Below, one piece after another: positions 8,688 through 18,328 of a DNA stretch of 56,302 nt (positions are counted from its first letter, which is position 1; each line of letters opens with the position of its first letter). The stretch lies in UHGV virus genome UHGV-0090450; one strand, given 5' to 3'. The translations under genes were made by a program, and so were the position numbers. Below the pieces are notes generated by a model, which was not told the origin of the DNA, searched no databases, and saw only the letters and a program-made list of their open reading frames with translations. The stretch is from a virus.

Positions 8688-9728
8688 GTGAACATTCAAG
8701 CAGTAGACATTTTTTGTGGCGCAGGGGGCTTAACTTTTGGGCTAAAAAAAGCCGGGATTGAAGTTTCTCATGGCATTGATATTGATGAGTCCTGCCGTTT
8801 CGCTATTGAGAGCAATAATCCCTTAACGAAGTTCATTAACCAGTCAGTTACTGAACTGCAATCCAGCGATGTGTCTGCTATGTTCAAGGAAGGAAATATT
8901 AGATTACTTGCAGGCTGTGCCCCTTGCCAACCGTTTTCCAAGTATCGTAATCCAAATAGCAGAAAAGATGATACAAAGTGGCGTCTTTTATCTGAGTTTC
9001 AGAGGATTGTAAGTGATGTCATGCCAGAGCTTGTGACTATGGAAAATGTTCCTCAACTTAGAAATCATAAGGTTTTTGAAGAGTTTGTTAGTGTATTAAA
9101 GACTCTTGGGTATCATCTGTGGTACGACGTTGTAAAATGTTCCGAGTATGGCTTGCCTCAAAATAGACGTAGATTAATTCTAATTGGGTCCATATTGGGG
9201 CCAATCAGCCTTGATCAAAAAAAAGTAAGCCGTAAAGTTACAGTAAAGGATGCTATTGGTCAGTTGCCAAAAATAGGTGCAGGGGAGAAACTCGAAAGTG
9301 ATCCATTGCATCGTTCGCCTAAATTAAGGGATATTAACCTTAAACGAATCTTGCACTCTTTACCAGGTGGTACGTGGGATGATTGGCCTGAAGAAATTAG
9401 AGCGGATTGCCATAAAAAGCATTCAGGTGCTACCTATAAAAGTGTTTATGGACGGATGGTTTGGGACGATACTAGTCCTACAATAACTACCCAATGTTAT
9501 GGATATGGTAATGGGCGATTCGGACATCCTGAGCAAAATAGAGCAATAACTTTGCGTGAAGCTGCTATTTTACAATCTTTTCCTATGGATTATAAATTTA
9601 TTGGAAAAAATACGCCTTTTTCATTCCAAAAGTTAGGAACGATGATTGGTAATGCTGTTCCCCCTATAATTGGCCAAGTAATAGGGAGAACATTTGTTAG
9701 GCATGTTGAGGGGATAAATATCCGTTAG
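8688..9728 (+). CDS. DNA (cytosine-5) methyltransferase
   Basis: Motif I FCGAGG, motif IV GCAPCQPFS, ENV, QNRRR, C-terminal GNAV; GTG start; AT-rich relative to phage backbone. Confidence 0.9.
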   Translation: MNIQAVDIFCGAGGLTFGLKKAGIEVSHGIDIDESCRFAIESNNPLTKFINQSVTELQSSDVSAMFKEGNIRLLAGCAPCQPFSKYRNPNSRKDDTKWRLLSEFQRIVSDVMPELVTMENVPQLRNHKVFEEFVSVLKTLGYHLWYDVVKCSEYGLPQNRRRLILIGSILGPISLDQKKVSRKVTVKDAIGQLPKIGAGEKLESDPLHRSPKLRDINLKRILHSLPGGTWDDWPEEIRADCHKKHSGATYKSVYGRMVWDDTSPTITTQCYGYGNGRFGHPEQNRAITLREAAILQSFPMDYKFIGKNTPFSFQKLGTMIGNAVPPIIGQVIGRTFVRHVEGINIR

Positions 9729-10386
9729 AGATAATATAATCTTCAGTTGAGTTTATTAATAAACGAAGATATAGATCAACTCTCTCTGCTCTAGACTTAA
9801 CTTCTTCTAAGGGGTCAATTTGCCCCTTTTTAGAGAAGCTAGTACTTCCATGCGCGAGTTCGTTTCTGATATCCTTAAGCAAGTCTAAGTCAATACCATT
9901 TCTACATTCAGGTGAGTTTGCGATAGTTATTCCGTAAGCCTGCGTTATTTTGTGTAATACAGGCTTGCAAACATTACCATTGAATTCTTTACGAATATTC
10001 AATGAGGCTGAAATTATTCTTTTGGAAATGTCAGTGCCTATCTTTTTATAAAGGGATTGCCCTGTTTCATTATCTGAAACAATTCTATGTAATATATTTA
10101 CTTGAAGCTTCTCCCTGAGTGATGCGTAATTCACATCATTATCTTGTAAATGATCATAAATTGACTCGATGCAACCTCTGGCAGTATTTTCAACTTGATT
10201 ATATAGCATCATATGAACGGATGATTTTAAAATATTTACCCTTAGGATATTAGATTCTATTTCATCTTGATGCGCTTGCGGATCTAACTGCTGAGTATGA
10301 ATCTCTATAGATGATGCAAGAGAAAGCAGTTCCATAATGTCTCTTGCTCTTTCTTCATATTCATCTCGTAAATCAATTAGACTCAT
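9697..10386 (-). CDS. HEPN-motif protein (R-x4-H: RNELAHG), putative nuclease partner of DUF262 protein
   Basis: Rx4-6H motif near C-terminus; start 2 nt after DUF262 stop; 3' end overlaps the methyltransferase 3' end by 32 bp. Confidence 0.55.
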   Translation of the reverse strand: MSLIDLRDEYEERARDIMELLSLASSIEIHTQQLDPQAHQDEIESNILRVNILKSSVHMMLYNQVENTARGCIESIYDHLQDNDVNYASLREKLQVNILHRIVSDNETGQSLYKKIGTDISKRIISASLNIRKEFNGNVCKPVLHKITQAYGITIANSPECRNGIDLDLLKDIRNELAHGSTSFSKKGQIDPLEEVKSRAERVDLYLRLLINSTEDYIISNGYLSPQHA

Positions 10387-10388
10387 TT

Positions 10389-11549
10389 TTAAATCCCTAA
10401 CAACTTATTTTTAACGTAAAATATTCTGTTTTTTAGCTGGCTGGTATTGTTTGCACTATCAGCAGTAACAAGTGTTTCAAATTCCTCTTCAAATAGCCAT
10501 TCACCTACAGGTACGGCTGGACTCTGGAGTTGTGGGTTAGTTTTTAATGCAAGTGCAGTTCCCACGGCAATGGCTTCGTATCTGGCTCGTGGGGTGGTTT
10601 TACTTGTTGCGGTCTTTTTAAAGCCAATAGGGAAATGGGCAGCAACAAAAGCAAGCATCATTTCAAAATCATGTTTAAAATTATCAACATCTTGTTGAGT
10701 AGTCACAGCTGCTGCTTGTTCATTTAAATAATTATCAATAAAGGGACGGACAAATCCCTTATAGTTTTCTAAATCATTTAAATATGCAAAAAATCTCAAA
10801 ACTAACTCACGATGATCGCCATTCGACCGTTTCCGGTCTGATAATGGAGCTAGTTGGGAAAAAAGTGAGTTTGTTGAGCATGGGGTCACAACATCTTTAT
10901 AGAACATTGAGGTAGCAGCATCTGAGCCATGCCTCACTTCCATCGCTTCTAATCTTTTAACACCTGAGTTGATCCTTTCAAATAAATCTCTTCTATGTTG
11001 TTCCTCAACATCACCTTTCAACTCAATAAATCTTAGTGAAGCTCTTAAAAATCTTCTTTGGCGGCTAGCTAAAAGATCTGAAAATTTGAAACCTTCTAAA
11101 CTTTTAAGCTCTTTCAAATCCTTTAACTCAAATTGATCGTTCCAAAAATAATAAATAGAGCGTATCCGTTGTGAACCATCAATGATTTCTACCCTACCAT
11201 CTAATTCAGGGTCTTCATTAAATACATCAGCAATGTAAAGGTAAGGTATTGGAAAGTCTAATAGAATACTTTCTATAAAGCGAGAGGCTGTTTTTGTATC
11301 CCACTTGTAATCACGTTGATAATCTGGAATAAAAAGCTCGTTTTTGTCATTTTCAATATTATCACCATACTTTTGAATAATGACTTCAACGGTCCACTCA
11401 CGTACATTGTATCCAATGTTTCTCTGAGCGAGTCTGATTTCATTGTCAGCGGAAGCGGTTAAAGCTGCAATTTCAGCCTTTTTTCTGTTCTTAGCGTGTT
11501 CATCTTGTATCTGAGCAAGCTCTTCTTTGAGTTCTTTGAGTGTAGTCAT
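10389..11549 (-). CDS. DUF262 (ParB-like/GmrS-like) domain protein
   Basis: IPDYQRDYKW and DGSQR motifs diagnostic of DUF262; no DUF1524/HNH domain in the same polypeptide. Confidence 0.8.
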   Translation of the reverse strand: MTTLKELKEELAQIQDEHAKNRKKAEIAALTASADNEIRLAQRNIGYNVREWTVEVIIQKYGDNIENDKNELFIPDYQRDYKWDTKTASRFIESILLDFPIPYLYIADVFNEDPELDGRVEIIDGSQRIRSIYYFWNDQFELKDLKELKSLEGFKFSDLLASRQRRFLRASLRFIELKGDVEEQHRRDLFERINSGVKRLEAMEVRHGSDAATSMFYKDVVTPCSTNSLFSQLAPLSDRKRSNGDHRELVLRFFAYLNDLENYKGFVRPFIDNYLNEQAAAVTTQQDVDNFKHDFEMMLAFVAAHFPIGFKKTATSKTTPRARYEAIAVGTALALKTNPQLQSPAVPVGEWLFEEEFETLVTADSANNTSQLKNRIFYVKNKLLGI

Positions 11550-11565
11550 GTTTTCGTTCCTTTAA

Positions 11566-11594
11566 TTGAAAGTTGATTGTAAGAAAACTATAAC
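11566..11594 (+). promoter_or_regulatory. sigma70-like promoter (TTGAAA-17-TATAAC), candidate late promoter PR'
   Basis: Hexamers and 17-bp spacer seen directly; followed about 60 nt later by a terminator hairpin, upstream of the holin gene. Confidence 0.3.
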
Positions 11595-11649
11595 GCGTAC
11601 GCAAAAACTATCGTAATCTGTTAAGAGTGGTTACTTCGCCACACAGCTT

Positions 11650-11680
11650 AAACCCGCCATCGAGCGGGTTTTGTCGTTTC
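11650..11680 (+). terminator. rho-independent terminator (AAACCCGC-CATCGA-GCGGGTTT + T-rich), tR'-like
   Basis: Perfect 8-bp GC-rich stem plus TTTTGTCGTTT. Confidence 0.5.
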
Positions 11681-11823
11681 TGGGGCTGGGGATTCGTTGG
11701 TCTAGGCCTATTCCGCAGTTATCCATTGTTTCGGCTTCTTTGACGTTTCCGCTTCTGATTTGCGGTACATGATGTTCCCTCAATTTGCACCTGCTGTTTC
11801 AGCGAGGTGAGAGATAACTACAA

Positions 11824-12150
11824 ATGCCTCATAACCCAAATACCTGGCTGGAGTTGGTCCAGAGCTGGTGGCGTGGAGACACACCACTGGGCGCAGTGAT
11901 TATGTCGATTGTTATGGCTGGATTGCGCATTGCCTATTTTGGCGGTGGTGGTGGGTGGAAGCGAAAAACGCTCGAGATTTTGCTCTGTGGTGCTCTGACG
12001 CTGACTTTTGCATCCGCTCTTGAGTATGTCGGATGGCCTAAATCTCTTTCTGTTGCCATTGGTGGCGGTGTTGGGCTGATTGGTGTCGATGCAATTCGTG
12101 GGGCTGCAATGAGAGTGATCGGTAACAAGTTTGGTGGCTCTAAGGAGTAA
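11824..12150 (+). CDS. S: holin (lambda S-like class I)
   Basis: Hydrophobic segments, charged C-terminus, directly upstream of endolysin. Confidence 0.8.
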   Translation: MPHNPNTWLELVQSWWRGDTPLGAVIMSIVMAGLRIAYFGGGGGWKRKTLEILLCGALTLTFASALEYVGWPKSLSVAIGGGVGLIGVDAIRGAAMRVIGNKFGGSKE

Positions 12151-12153
12151 TTT

Positions 12154-12630
12154 ATGCAGATACTAAATTCCCAGCGTAAAGCTTTCCTCGATATGGTTGC
12201 CTGGTCAGAAGGAACGGATAACGGGAGACAACCGACACGTAACCACGGTTATGATGTTATTGTTGGTGGCGAACTGTTCACTGATTACTCCGATCACCCT
12301 CGCAAACTTGTCACGCTGAACTCAAAACTCAAATCAACAGCCGCCGGACGTTACCAGCTTCTTTCCCGTTGGTGGGATGCCTACCGTAAGCAGCTTGGTC
12401 TGAAAGACTTCTCTCCCAAAAGCCAGGACACTGTTGCATTGCAGCAGATTAAGGAGCGTGGCGCTTTACCGATGATTGATCGCGGCGATATTCGTCAGGC
12501 TATCGACCGTTGCAGCAATATCTGGGCGTCGTTACCCGGTGCAGGTTACGGTCAGTATGAACATAAAATCGGTGACCTGATTGCCCGGTTTAAAGAGGTT
12601 GGTGGGGTGGTAAATGAAGTTGAGCTATAA
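12154..12630 (+). CDS. R: endolysin, lytic transglycosylase (lambda R-like)
   Basis: NQRKAFLDM.AWSEGTDNGRQ.TRNHGYDVIVGGELFTDYSDHPRKLVTLN.KLKST.AGRYQLLSRWWDAYRKQLGLKDFSPKSQD matches lambda R as recalled. Confidence 0.95.
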   Translation: MQILNSQRKAFLDMVAWSEGTDNGRQPTRNHGYDVIVGGELFTDYSDHPRKLVTLNSKLKSTAAGRYQLLSRWWDAYRKQLGLKDFSPKSQDTVALQQIKERGALPMIDRGDIRQAIDRCSNIWASLPGAGYGQYEHKIGDLIARFKEVGGVVNEVEL

Positions 12631-12994
12631 GCTGGTTATCGCTACATTCTTCTTTACTGTCATCGGTTCTTTCATCTGGTCTGCCAACCACTACTACAGC
12701 AAATATCAGCACGAAAAGAAACGTGCTGATGAGGCTGTACAAAATGCTGAATCTGCAACAGCAATTACCCGTAACGTCCTGCAATCACTGCAAATCGTCA
12801 ATACAGTTATAGAGGCTAACCAGCATGCAAAACAGCAGATCGCACTGGAGTCACAGAGAACCCAGGCAGATATCAAAGTGGCTATTGCAGATGATGACTG
12901 TGCTTCACGTCCTGTGCCTGTTGTCGCTGCTGACCGGTTGCGAAAGTTCGCGGACGGTTTACGTGAACGCTCCGGTTACACCACTACCAACTAG
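12614..12994 (+). CDS. Rz: i-spanin (Rz-like)
   Basis: N-terminal TM helix then coiled-coil-like sequence; overlaps endolysin end. Confidence 0.8.
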   Translation: MKLSYKLVIATFFFTVIGSFIWSANHYYSKYQHEKKRADEAVQNAESATAITRNVLQSLQIVNTVIEANQHAKQQIALESQRTQADIKVAIADDDCASRPVPVVAADRLRKFADGLRERSGYTTTN

Positions 12995-13157
12995 TCTGAC
13001 TGCTGAAACACCTGTACCGAACATACCAAATCCGCTGACGTATGGAGCGAGTCTGGATTTGAATATTAATCTTCTTTCTGCTGTTAAACAGTGCAACTTA
13101 GATAAACTAAGTATCAGAAAACTAGAGGAAAAAAGAAGAAATAGTTTAACTAATTAA
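12891..13157 (+). CDS. Rz1: o-spanin lipoprotein (Rz1-like), overlapping Rz in another frame
   Basis: Lipobox LLSLLTGC, Pro-rich mature part; track ORF starts upstream at 12825. Confidence 0.7.
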   Translation: MMTVLHVLCLLSLLTGCESSRTVYVNAPVTPLPTSLTAETPVPNIPNPLTYGASLDLNINLLSAVKQCNLDKLSIRKLEEKRRNSLTN

Positions 13158-13234
13158 AAAGACTGTAATATTTTACATATCTATATTTTGCCATATATGC
13201 ATAATGGTTAATCATTAAACAAGAGAGGCTTTAT

Positions 13235-13483
13235 ATGGCATATGCAAAGTTAGTTTTTACTATTCTTGGTCGTGATGACAATAAATACGAAGTTTACGCA
13301 CAGGGGGAACATGCAGAGCCGGAACGTGTGATTCACTATAAATTGGTTGAAATAGTTGGTGCAGATGGCAGTAATACAACTCCGATTTATGAATGGAAAG
13401 TTATAAATCCAAATATGACATTTCCGGAATCAGTTGAATATCGAATTGCATCGAATTTGATTTGGTATCTTAGTAGACTTTAA
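13235..13483 (+). CDS. hypothetical small protein in AT-rich moron
   Basis: RBS AGAGAGG, AT-rich promoter-like upstream region, terminator hairpin downstream. Confidence 0.5.
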   Translation: MAYAKLVFTILGRDDNKYEVYAQGEHAEPERVIHYKLVEIVGADGSNTTPIYEWKVINPNMTFPESVEYRIASNLIWYLSRL

Positions 13484-13508
13484 ATGTTTAGCTATCAAAG
13501 AAATATAT

Positions 13509-13538
13509 AAGCCATCGATGAATCATCGATGGCTTTTT
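13509..13538 (+). terminator. rho-independent terminator (AAGCCATCGATG-AATC-ATCGATGGCTT + TTT)
   Basis: Perfect inverted repeat followed by T-run. Confidence 0.55.
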
Positions 13539-13550
13539 AATTGGAGATTT

Positions 13551-13901
13551 ATGCCCCCACGAACCCCAAAAGCCTGCCGTGTTCGCGGCTGCCGCTCTAC
13601 AACCACGGACCCTTCAGGCTATTGCGAAAGCCACAAAAGCGAAGGTTGGAAGCAATACAAGCCAGGACAATCCCGTCATCAGCGCGGTTATGGTTCGAAA
13701 TGGGATGCTATCCGTGAACGTGTGCTGAAGCGTGACAAAGGCCTGTGTCAGTTATGTCTGCGTGCTGGTGTGGTGCGTGAGGCGAAAACCGTTGACCACA
13801 TCATCCCTAAAGCGCATGGCGGCACAGATGCCGACAGTAATCTGCAGAGCCTGTGCTGGCCGTGTCATAAGGCGAAGACGGCCCGTGAACGGCTGAAGTG
13901 A
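13551..13901 (+). CDS. HNH endonuclease (terminase-associated)
   Basis: Cys-rich N-terminus, DHIIPKAHGGTD...N...LCWPCH; ATG at 13551 with GGAG RBS; track ORF begins at 13518. Confidence 0.85.
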   Translation: MPPRTPKACRVRGCRSTTTDPSGYCESHKSEGWKQYKPGQSRHQRGYGSKWDAIRERVLKRDKGLCQLCLRAGVVREAKTVDHIIPKAHGGTDADSNLQSLCWPCHKAKTARERLK

Positions 13902-14017
13902 GAACCAGTTCCCACTGCCAGAGGGGAGGGGCGGGTCAAATCCCTGTGACCTGACGTCTTCCGGACTGCCCGCCCCATCGTTTTTTTATACCCGCGAAAA
14001 ATGAAATTTAACCAGGA
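13902..14017. other. possible cos/packaging region (inverted repeat GGGGCGGG...CCCGCCCC)
   Basis: GC-rich inverted repeat between HNH and TerS genes. Confidence 0.3.
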
Positions 14018-14521
14018 GTGCCGCATATGGCTGGAACGACGGGGCGTTCCGGGCGTCGCCCCAAGCCAACGGCGCGCAAGGCGCTGGCCGGAAATCCCGG
14101 CAAGCGAGCCCTGAACAAAGATGAACCTGTTTTTACGCCCATCAAAGGTGTTGAGCCACCGGAGTGGTTCGCTGAAGAAGATCTCCCTCTCGCTACGATC
14201 ATGTGGCAACTGACAACTAAAGAACTCTGCGGTCAGGGCCTGCTGTGCGTGACTGACCTTGCGGTGCTTGAGCGGTGGTGCGTGGCCTACGAGTTCTGGC
14301 GACGTGCCGTGAAAAATATTGCCAGACAGGGCAACACCATCACCGGTGCAATGGGCGGTATGGTCAAAAATCCGGAGCTGACTGCCAAAAAAGAACAGGA
14401 GTCCGAGATGAGCAGTACGGGGGCAATGCTCGGACTCGACCCCAGCAGCCGCCAGCGTCTGATTGGCCTGGCGGGGAAGAAGAAAGCCACTAACCCGTTT
14501 CTGAAAATCATCGAATCATGA
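14018..14521 (+). CDS. terminase small subunit (P27 family)
   Basis: Basic N-terminus, position upstream of large terminase, family-typical sequence. Confidence 0.85.
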   Translation: MPHMAGTTGRSGRRPKPTARKALAGNPGKRALNKDEPVFTPIKGVEPPEWFAEEDLPLATIMWQLTTKELCGQGLLCVTDLAVLERWCVAYEFWRRAVKNIARQGNTITGAMGGMVKNPELTAKKEQESEMSSTGAMLGLDPSSRQRLIGLAGKKKATNPFLKIIES

Positions 14522-16251
14522 GCCGGAAATCTTACCCCAACGTAAATGCTGCAAATCAGTATGCCCGGGATGTCGTGCGCGGAAAGATTGTTGCCTGCCA
14601 GTTTGTGATTCAGGCCTGCCAGCGCCATCTTGATGACCTGATGGCGGAAAAAAGTAAGTCGTTTCGTTACCGCTTCGACAAGGACCTGGCTGAACGGGCC
14701 GCGAAATTTATTCAGCTGTTGCCGCACACCAAGGGGGAGTGGGCATTCAAACGGATGCCCATCACGCTGGAGCCGTGGCAGCTATTTGTGATCTGCTGTG
14801 CGTTTGGCTGGGTCAATAAAGGCACCCGGTTGCGCCGCTTCCGGGAGGTGTACACCGAAATCCCCCGTAAGAACGGCAAATCAGCAATCTCTGCCGGTGT
14901 TGCCCTGTATTGTTTTGCCTGTGATAACGAGTTTGGCGCGGAAGTGTATTCCGGTGCCACGACAGAGAAACAGGCGTGGGAAGTCTTTCGCCCGGCACGA
15001 CTGATGTGTAAACGCACACCCATGCTGACGGAAGCGTTCGGGATTGAGGTTAACGCCTCAAACATGAACCGTCCGGAGGATGGCGCGCGGTTTGAACCGC
15101 TGATCGGCAACCCAGGTGATGGTTCATCACCCCACTGTGCCGTGGTTGATGAATATCACGAGCATGCCACCGATGCGCTTTATACCACAATGCTTACCGG
15201 GATGGGGGCGCGACGTCAGCCACTGATGTGGGCCATTACTACTGCCGGGTACAACATTGAGGGGCCGTGCTACGACAAACGGCGGGAAGTTATCGAGATG
15301 CTCAACGGTTCGGTACCCAACGATGAACTGTTCGGGATCATCTATACCGTTGACGAAGGTGACGACTGGACCAACCCACAGGTGCTGGAAAAAGCCAACC
15401 CGAATATCGGGGTGTCGGTTTACCGTGAGTTTTTGTTAAGTCAGCAACAGCGTGCGAAAAATAACGCCCGTCTGGCAAACGTCTTTAAAACAAAACACCT
15501 CAATATCTGGGTGTCGGCGCGTTCGGCGTATTTCAACCTGGTGAGCTGGCAGAGCTGCGAGGATAAATCACTGACCCTTGAGCAGTTCGAGGGGCAGCCG
15601 TGCATTCTGGCCTTTGACCTGGCCCGTAAGCTGGATATGAACAGCATGGCGCGACTTTATACCCGCGAGATTGACGGTAAAACGCATTACTACAGTGTGG
15701 CCCCGCGTTTCTGGGTACCGTATGACACGGTGTACAGCGTCGAGAAAAATGAAGATCGCCGGACAGCCGAACGCTTTCAGAAATGGGTGGAAATGGGCGT
15801 CCTGACCGTTACCGATGGTGCAGAGGTGGATTATCGCTACATCCTCGAAGAGGCCAAAGCGGCGAACAAAATCAGCCCGGTCAGCGAGTCACCCATCGAC
15901 CCCTTCGGGGCGACCGGGCTGTCACATGACCTTGCTGATGAAGACCTGAATCCCATCACCATCATTCAGAACTACACCAACATGTCCGACCCGATGAAAG
16001 AGCTGGAAGCGGCAATTGAATCGGGGCGCTTTCATCATGATGGCAATCCCATCATGACCTGGTGTATCGGCAACGTGGTCGGCAAAACCATTCCGGGTAA
16101 CGATGATGTGGTGAAGCCCGTTAAAGAGCAGGCGGAAAACAAAATCGATGGTGCAGTTGCGCTGATTATGGCGGTTGGCAGAGCCATGCTGTATGAGAAA
16201 GAAGACACGCTGTCCGACCACATTGAGTCCTACGGGATCCGCTCGCTTTAA
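14518..16251 (+). CDS. terminase large subunit
   Basis: 577 aa; ATPase and nuclease regions (acidic patch VVDEYHEH); overlaps TerS stop. Confidence 0.95.
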   Translation: MSRKSYPNVNAANQYARDVVRGKIVACQFVIQACQRHLDDLMAEKSKSFRYRFDKDLAERAAKFIQLLPHTKGEWAFKRMPITLEPWQLFVICCAFGWVNKGTRLRRFREVYTEIPRKNGKSAISAGVALYCFACDNEFGAEVYSGATTEKQAWEVFRPARLMCKRTPMLTEAFGIEVNASNMNRPEDGARFEPLIGNPGDGSSPHCAVVDEYHEHATDALYTTMLTGMGARRQPLMWAITTAGYNIEGPCYDKRREVIEMLNGSVPNDELFGIIYTVDEGDDWTNPQVLEKANPNIGVSVYREFLLSQQQRAKNNARLANVFKTKHLNIWVSARSAYFNLVSWQSCEDKSLTLEQFEGQPCILAFDLARKLDMNSMARLYTREIDGKTHYYSVAPRFWVPYDTVYSVEKNEDRRTAERFQKWVEMGVLTVTDGAEVDYRYILEEAKAANKISPVSESPIDPFGATGLSHDLADEDLNPITIIQNYTNMSDPMKELEAAIESGRFHHDGNPIMTWCIGNVVGKTIPGNDDVVKPVKEQAENKIDGAVALIMAVGRAMLYEKEDTLSDHIESYGIRSL

Positions 16252-16262
16252 CTGAGGTAATT

Positions 16263-16445
16263 ATGATCATGCTGATTCTCGCGCCTCTGGTGGGCGTGCT
16301 GGGGGTGCTTTTGCTGGCGTATGGTGCCTGGCTGATTTATCCCCCGGCGGGGTTTGTTGTTGCCGGGGCGTTGTGCCTGTTCTGGTCGTGGCTGGTGGCG
16401 CGATATCTCGACCGTACACAGTCGTCTGTCGGCGGAGGTAAATAG
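16263..16445 (+). CDS. small hydrophobic protein (60 aa)
   Basis: Two predicted TM segments; between terminase and portal. Confidence 0.4.
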   Translation: MIMLILAPLVGVLGVLLLAYGAWLIYPPAGFVVAGALCLFWSWLVARYLDRTQSSVGGGK

Positions 16446-17686
16446 TGTTCTTTTCGGGATTATTTCAACGAAAAAGTGACGCACCGGTGACCACGCCAGC
16501 AGAGCTGGCGGATGCTATCGGGTTGTCCTACGACACCTATACCGGAAAGCAGATCAGCAGCCAGCGGGCCATGCGACTGACGGCGGTTTTTTCCTGTGTC
16601 AGGGTGCTGGCGGAGTCGGTCGGGATGTTGCCCTGCAACCTGTATCACCTGAACGGCAGCCTGAAGCAGAGAGCCACTGGCGAACGTCTGCATAAGCTGA
16701 TCTCCACGCATCCCAATGGCTATATGACGCCGCAGGAGTTCTGGGAGCTGGTGGTCACCTGTCTGTGCCTGCGGGGAAACTTTTACGCCTACAAAGTGAA
16801 AGCATTTGGCGAAGTGGCTGAACTGCTGCCCGTCGATCCCGGCTGTGTGGTACCGAAGCTTAACAGTAGCTGGGAGCCGGTCTATCAGGTCACATTCCCG
16901 GATGGCTCCACGGATGTACTGAGCCAGGAAGATATCTGGCATGTGCGCACGCTGACGCTGGACGGACTGGTGGGGCTGAATCCCATCGCCTATGCCCGCG
17001 AGGCAATATCGCTGGCGGCAGCGACCGAAGAGCACGGGGCCAGACTGTTCAGCAATGGCGCGGTGACGTCGGGTGTGTTGCGTACAGAGCAGACGCTGTC
17101 AGATCAGGCTTATGAGCGCCTGAAGAAAGATTTTGAGGAGCGTCACACCGGGCTTGGCAATGCTCACCGCCCGATGATCCTTGAGATGGGGCTGGACTGG
17201 AAGTCGATGGCGCTGAACGCCGAGGACAGCCAGTTCCTGGAAACCCGCAAGTTTCAGCTTGAAGAAATCTGTCGTCTGTTCCGGGTGCCATTGCACATGG
17301 CGCAGAACACCGATCGCGCCACCTTCAACAATATCGAAGAGCTGGGGCTGGGATTTATCAACTATTCACTGGTGCCGTATCTGACCCGCATTGAGCAGCG
17401 GATCAACACCGGACTGGTACGAAAAAGTAAGCAGGGCGTTTATTACGCCAAATTTAACGCCGGGGCCTTACTGCGCGGGGATATGAAGTCCCGTTTTGAA
17501 GCCTACGCTACCGGGATCAATTGGGGAATTTACTCTCCCAATGACTGCCGCGACCTGGAAGATATGAATCCGCGTCCCGGTGGTGATGTCTATCTCACAC
17601 CGATGAACATGACCACGAAACCCTCCGATGGCAGTAAAGCCGGTAAGCAGAAGGATAACACCAATGCAGACGAAACAACGTCTTGA
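16445..17686 (+). CDS. portal protein (HK97 family)
   Basis: Size and position after TerL. Confidence 0.9.
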   Translation: MFFSGLFQRKSDAPVTTPAELADAIGLSYDTYTGKQISSQRAMRLTAVFSCVRVLAESVGMLPCNLYHLNGSLKQRATGERLHKLISTHPNGYMTPQEFWELVVTCLCLRGNFYAYKVKAFGEVAELLPVDPGCVVPKLNSSWEPVYQVTFPDGSTDVLSQEDIWHVRTLTLDGLVGLNPIAYAREAISLAAATEEHGARLFSNGAVTSGVLRTEQTLSDQAYERLKKDFEERHTGLGNAHRPMILEMGLDWKSMALNAEDSQFLETRKFQLEEICRLFRVPLHMAQNTDRATFNNIEELGLGFINYSLVPYLTRIEQRINTGLVRKSKQGVYYAKFNAGALLRGDMKSRFEAYATGINWGIYSPNDCRDLEDMNPRPGGDVYLTPMNMTTKPSDGSKAGKQKDNTNADETTS

Positions 17687-18314
17687 TGTACCGCTGAGTC
17701 TGAAATCTGTCAGTGACTCCGGTGAGTTTGAAGGGTATGGCTCCGTCTTTGGTGTAAAGGACAGCCACGATGATGTGGTGATGTCAGGGGCATTTGCCGC
17801 TTCCCTGCGGGCGTGGAGTGACAGAAAAGCGTTACCTGCGCTGCTCTGGCAGCACCGCATGGATGAACCCATCGGTGTTTACACCGAAATGAAGGAAGAC
17901 GATGTCGGGCTTTACGTCAGGGGACGGTTGCTTATTGATGATGATCCCCTCGCAAAACGCGCACATGCACACATGAAGGCCGGTTCGTTAACCGGCCTTT
18001 CTATTGGGTACGTCCTGAAAGACTGGGAATACGACCGGACGAAAGAAGCCTTTCTGCTGAAAGAAATCGACCTCTGGGAAGTCAGTCTGGTGACGTTCCC
18101 GTCTAACGACGAGGCGCGGATCAGCGACGTCAAGAACGCGCTGGCCCGCGGGGAAATCCCCGAACAGAAAAAAATCGAAAGAGTCCTGCGTGATGTCGGA
18201 CTCTCCCGTACCCAGGCCAAAGCATTCATGGCCGGGGGCTATGGCGCACTGTCCCTGCGCGACGCTGAGGATGTGAGCTCTGCACTGAATGCACTGAAAA
18301 ATCTGAACTTCTAA
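17628..18314 (+). CDS. prohead protease (HK97 family, S78)
   Basis: Position between portal and capsid; alternative start at 17664 (MQTKQRL). Confidence 0.85.
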   Translation: MAVKPVSRRITPMQTKQRLDVPLSLKSVSDSGEFEGYGSVFGVKDSHDDVVMSGAFAASLRAWSDRKALPALLWQHRMDEPIGVYTEMKEDDVGLYVRGRLLIDDDPLAKRAHAHMKAGSLTGLSIGYVLKDWEYDRTKEAFLLKEIDLWEVSLVTFPSNDEARISDVKNALARGEIPEQKKIERVLRDVGLSRTQAKAFMAGGYGALSLRDAEDVSSALNALKNLNF

Positions 18315-18328
18315 TCAGGAGAAATACG

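Noticed and set aside
14287-17035. Antisense ORFs inside terminase and portal genes (e.g. 14287-14727, 14712-15110, 16460-17035), and similar ones inside tail and capsid genes
   Set aside because: Embedded opposite to long genes with strong synteny support; typical spurious frames in GC-rich coding DNA.
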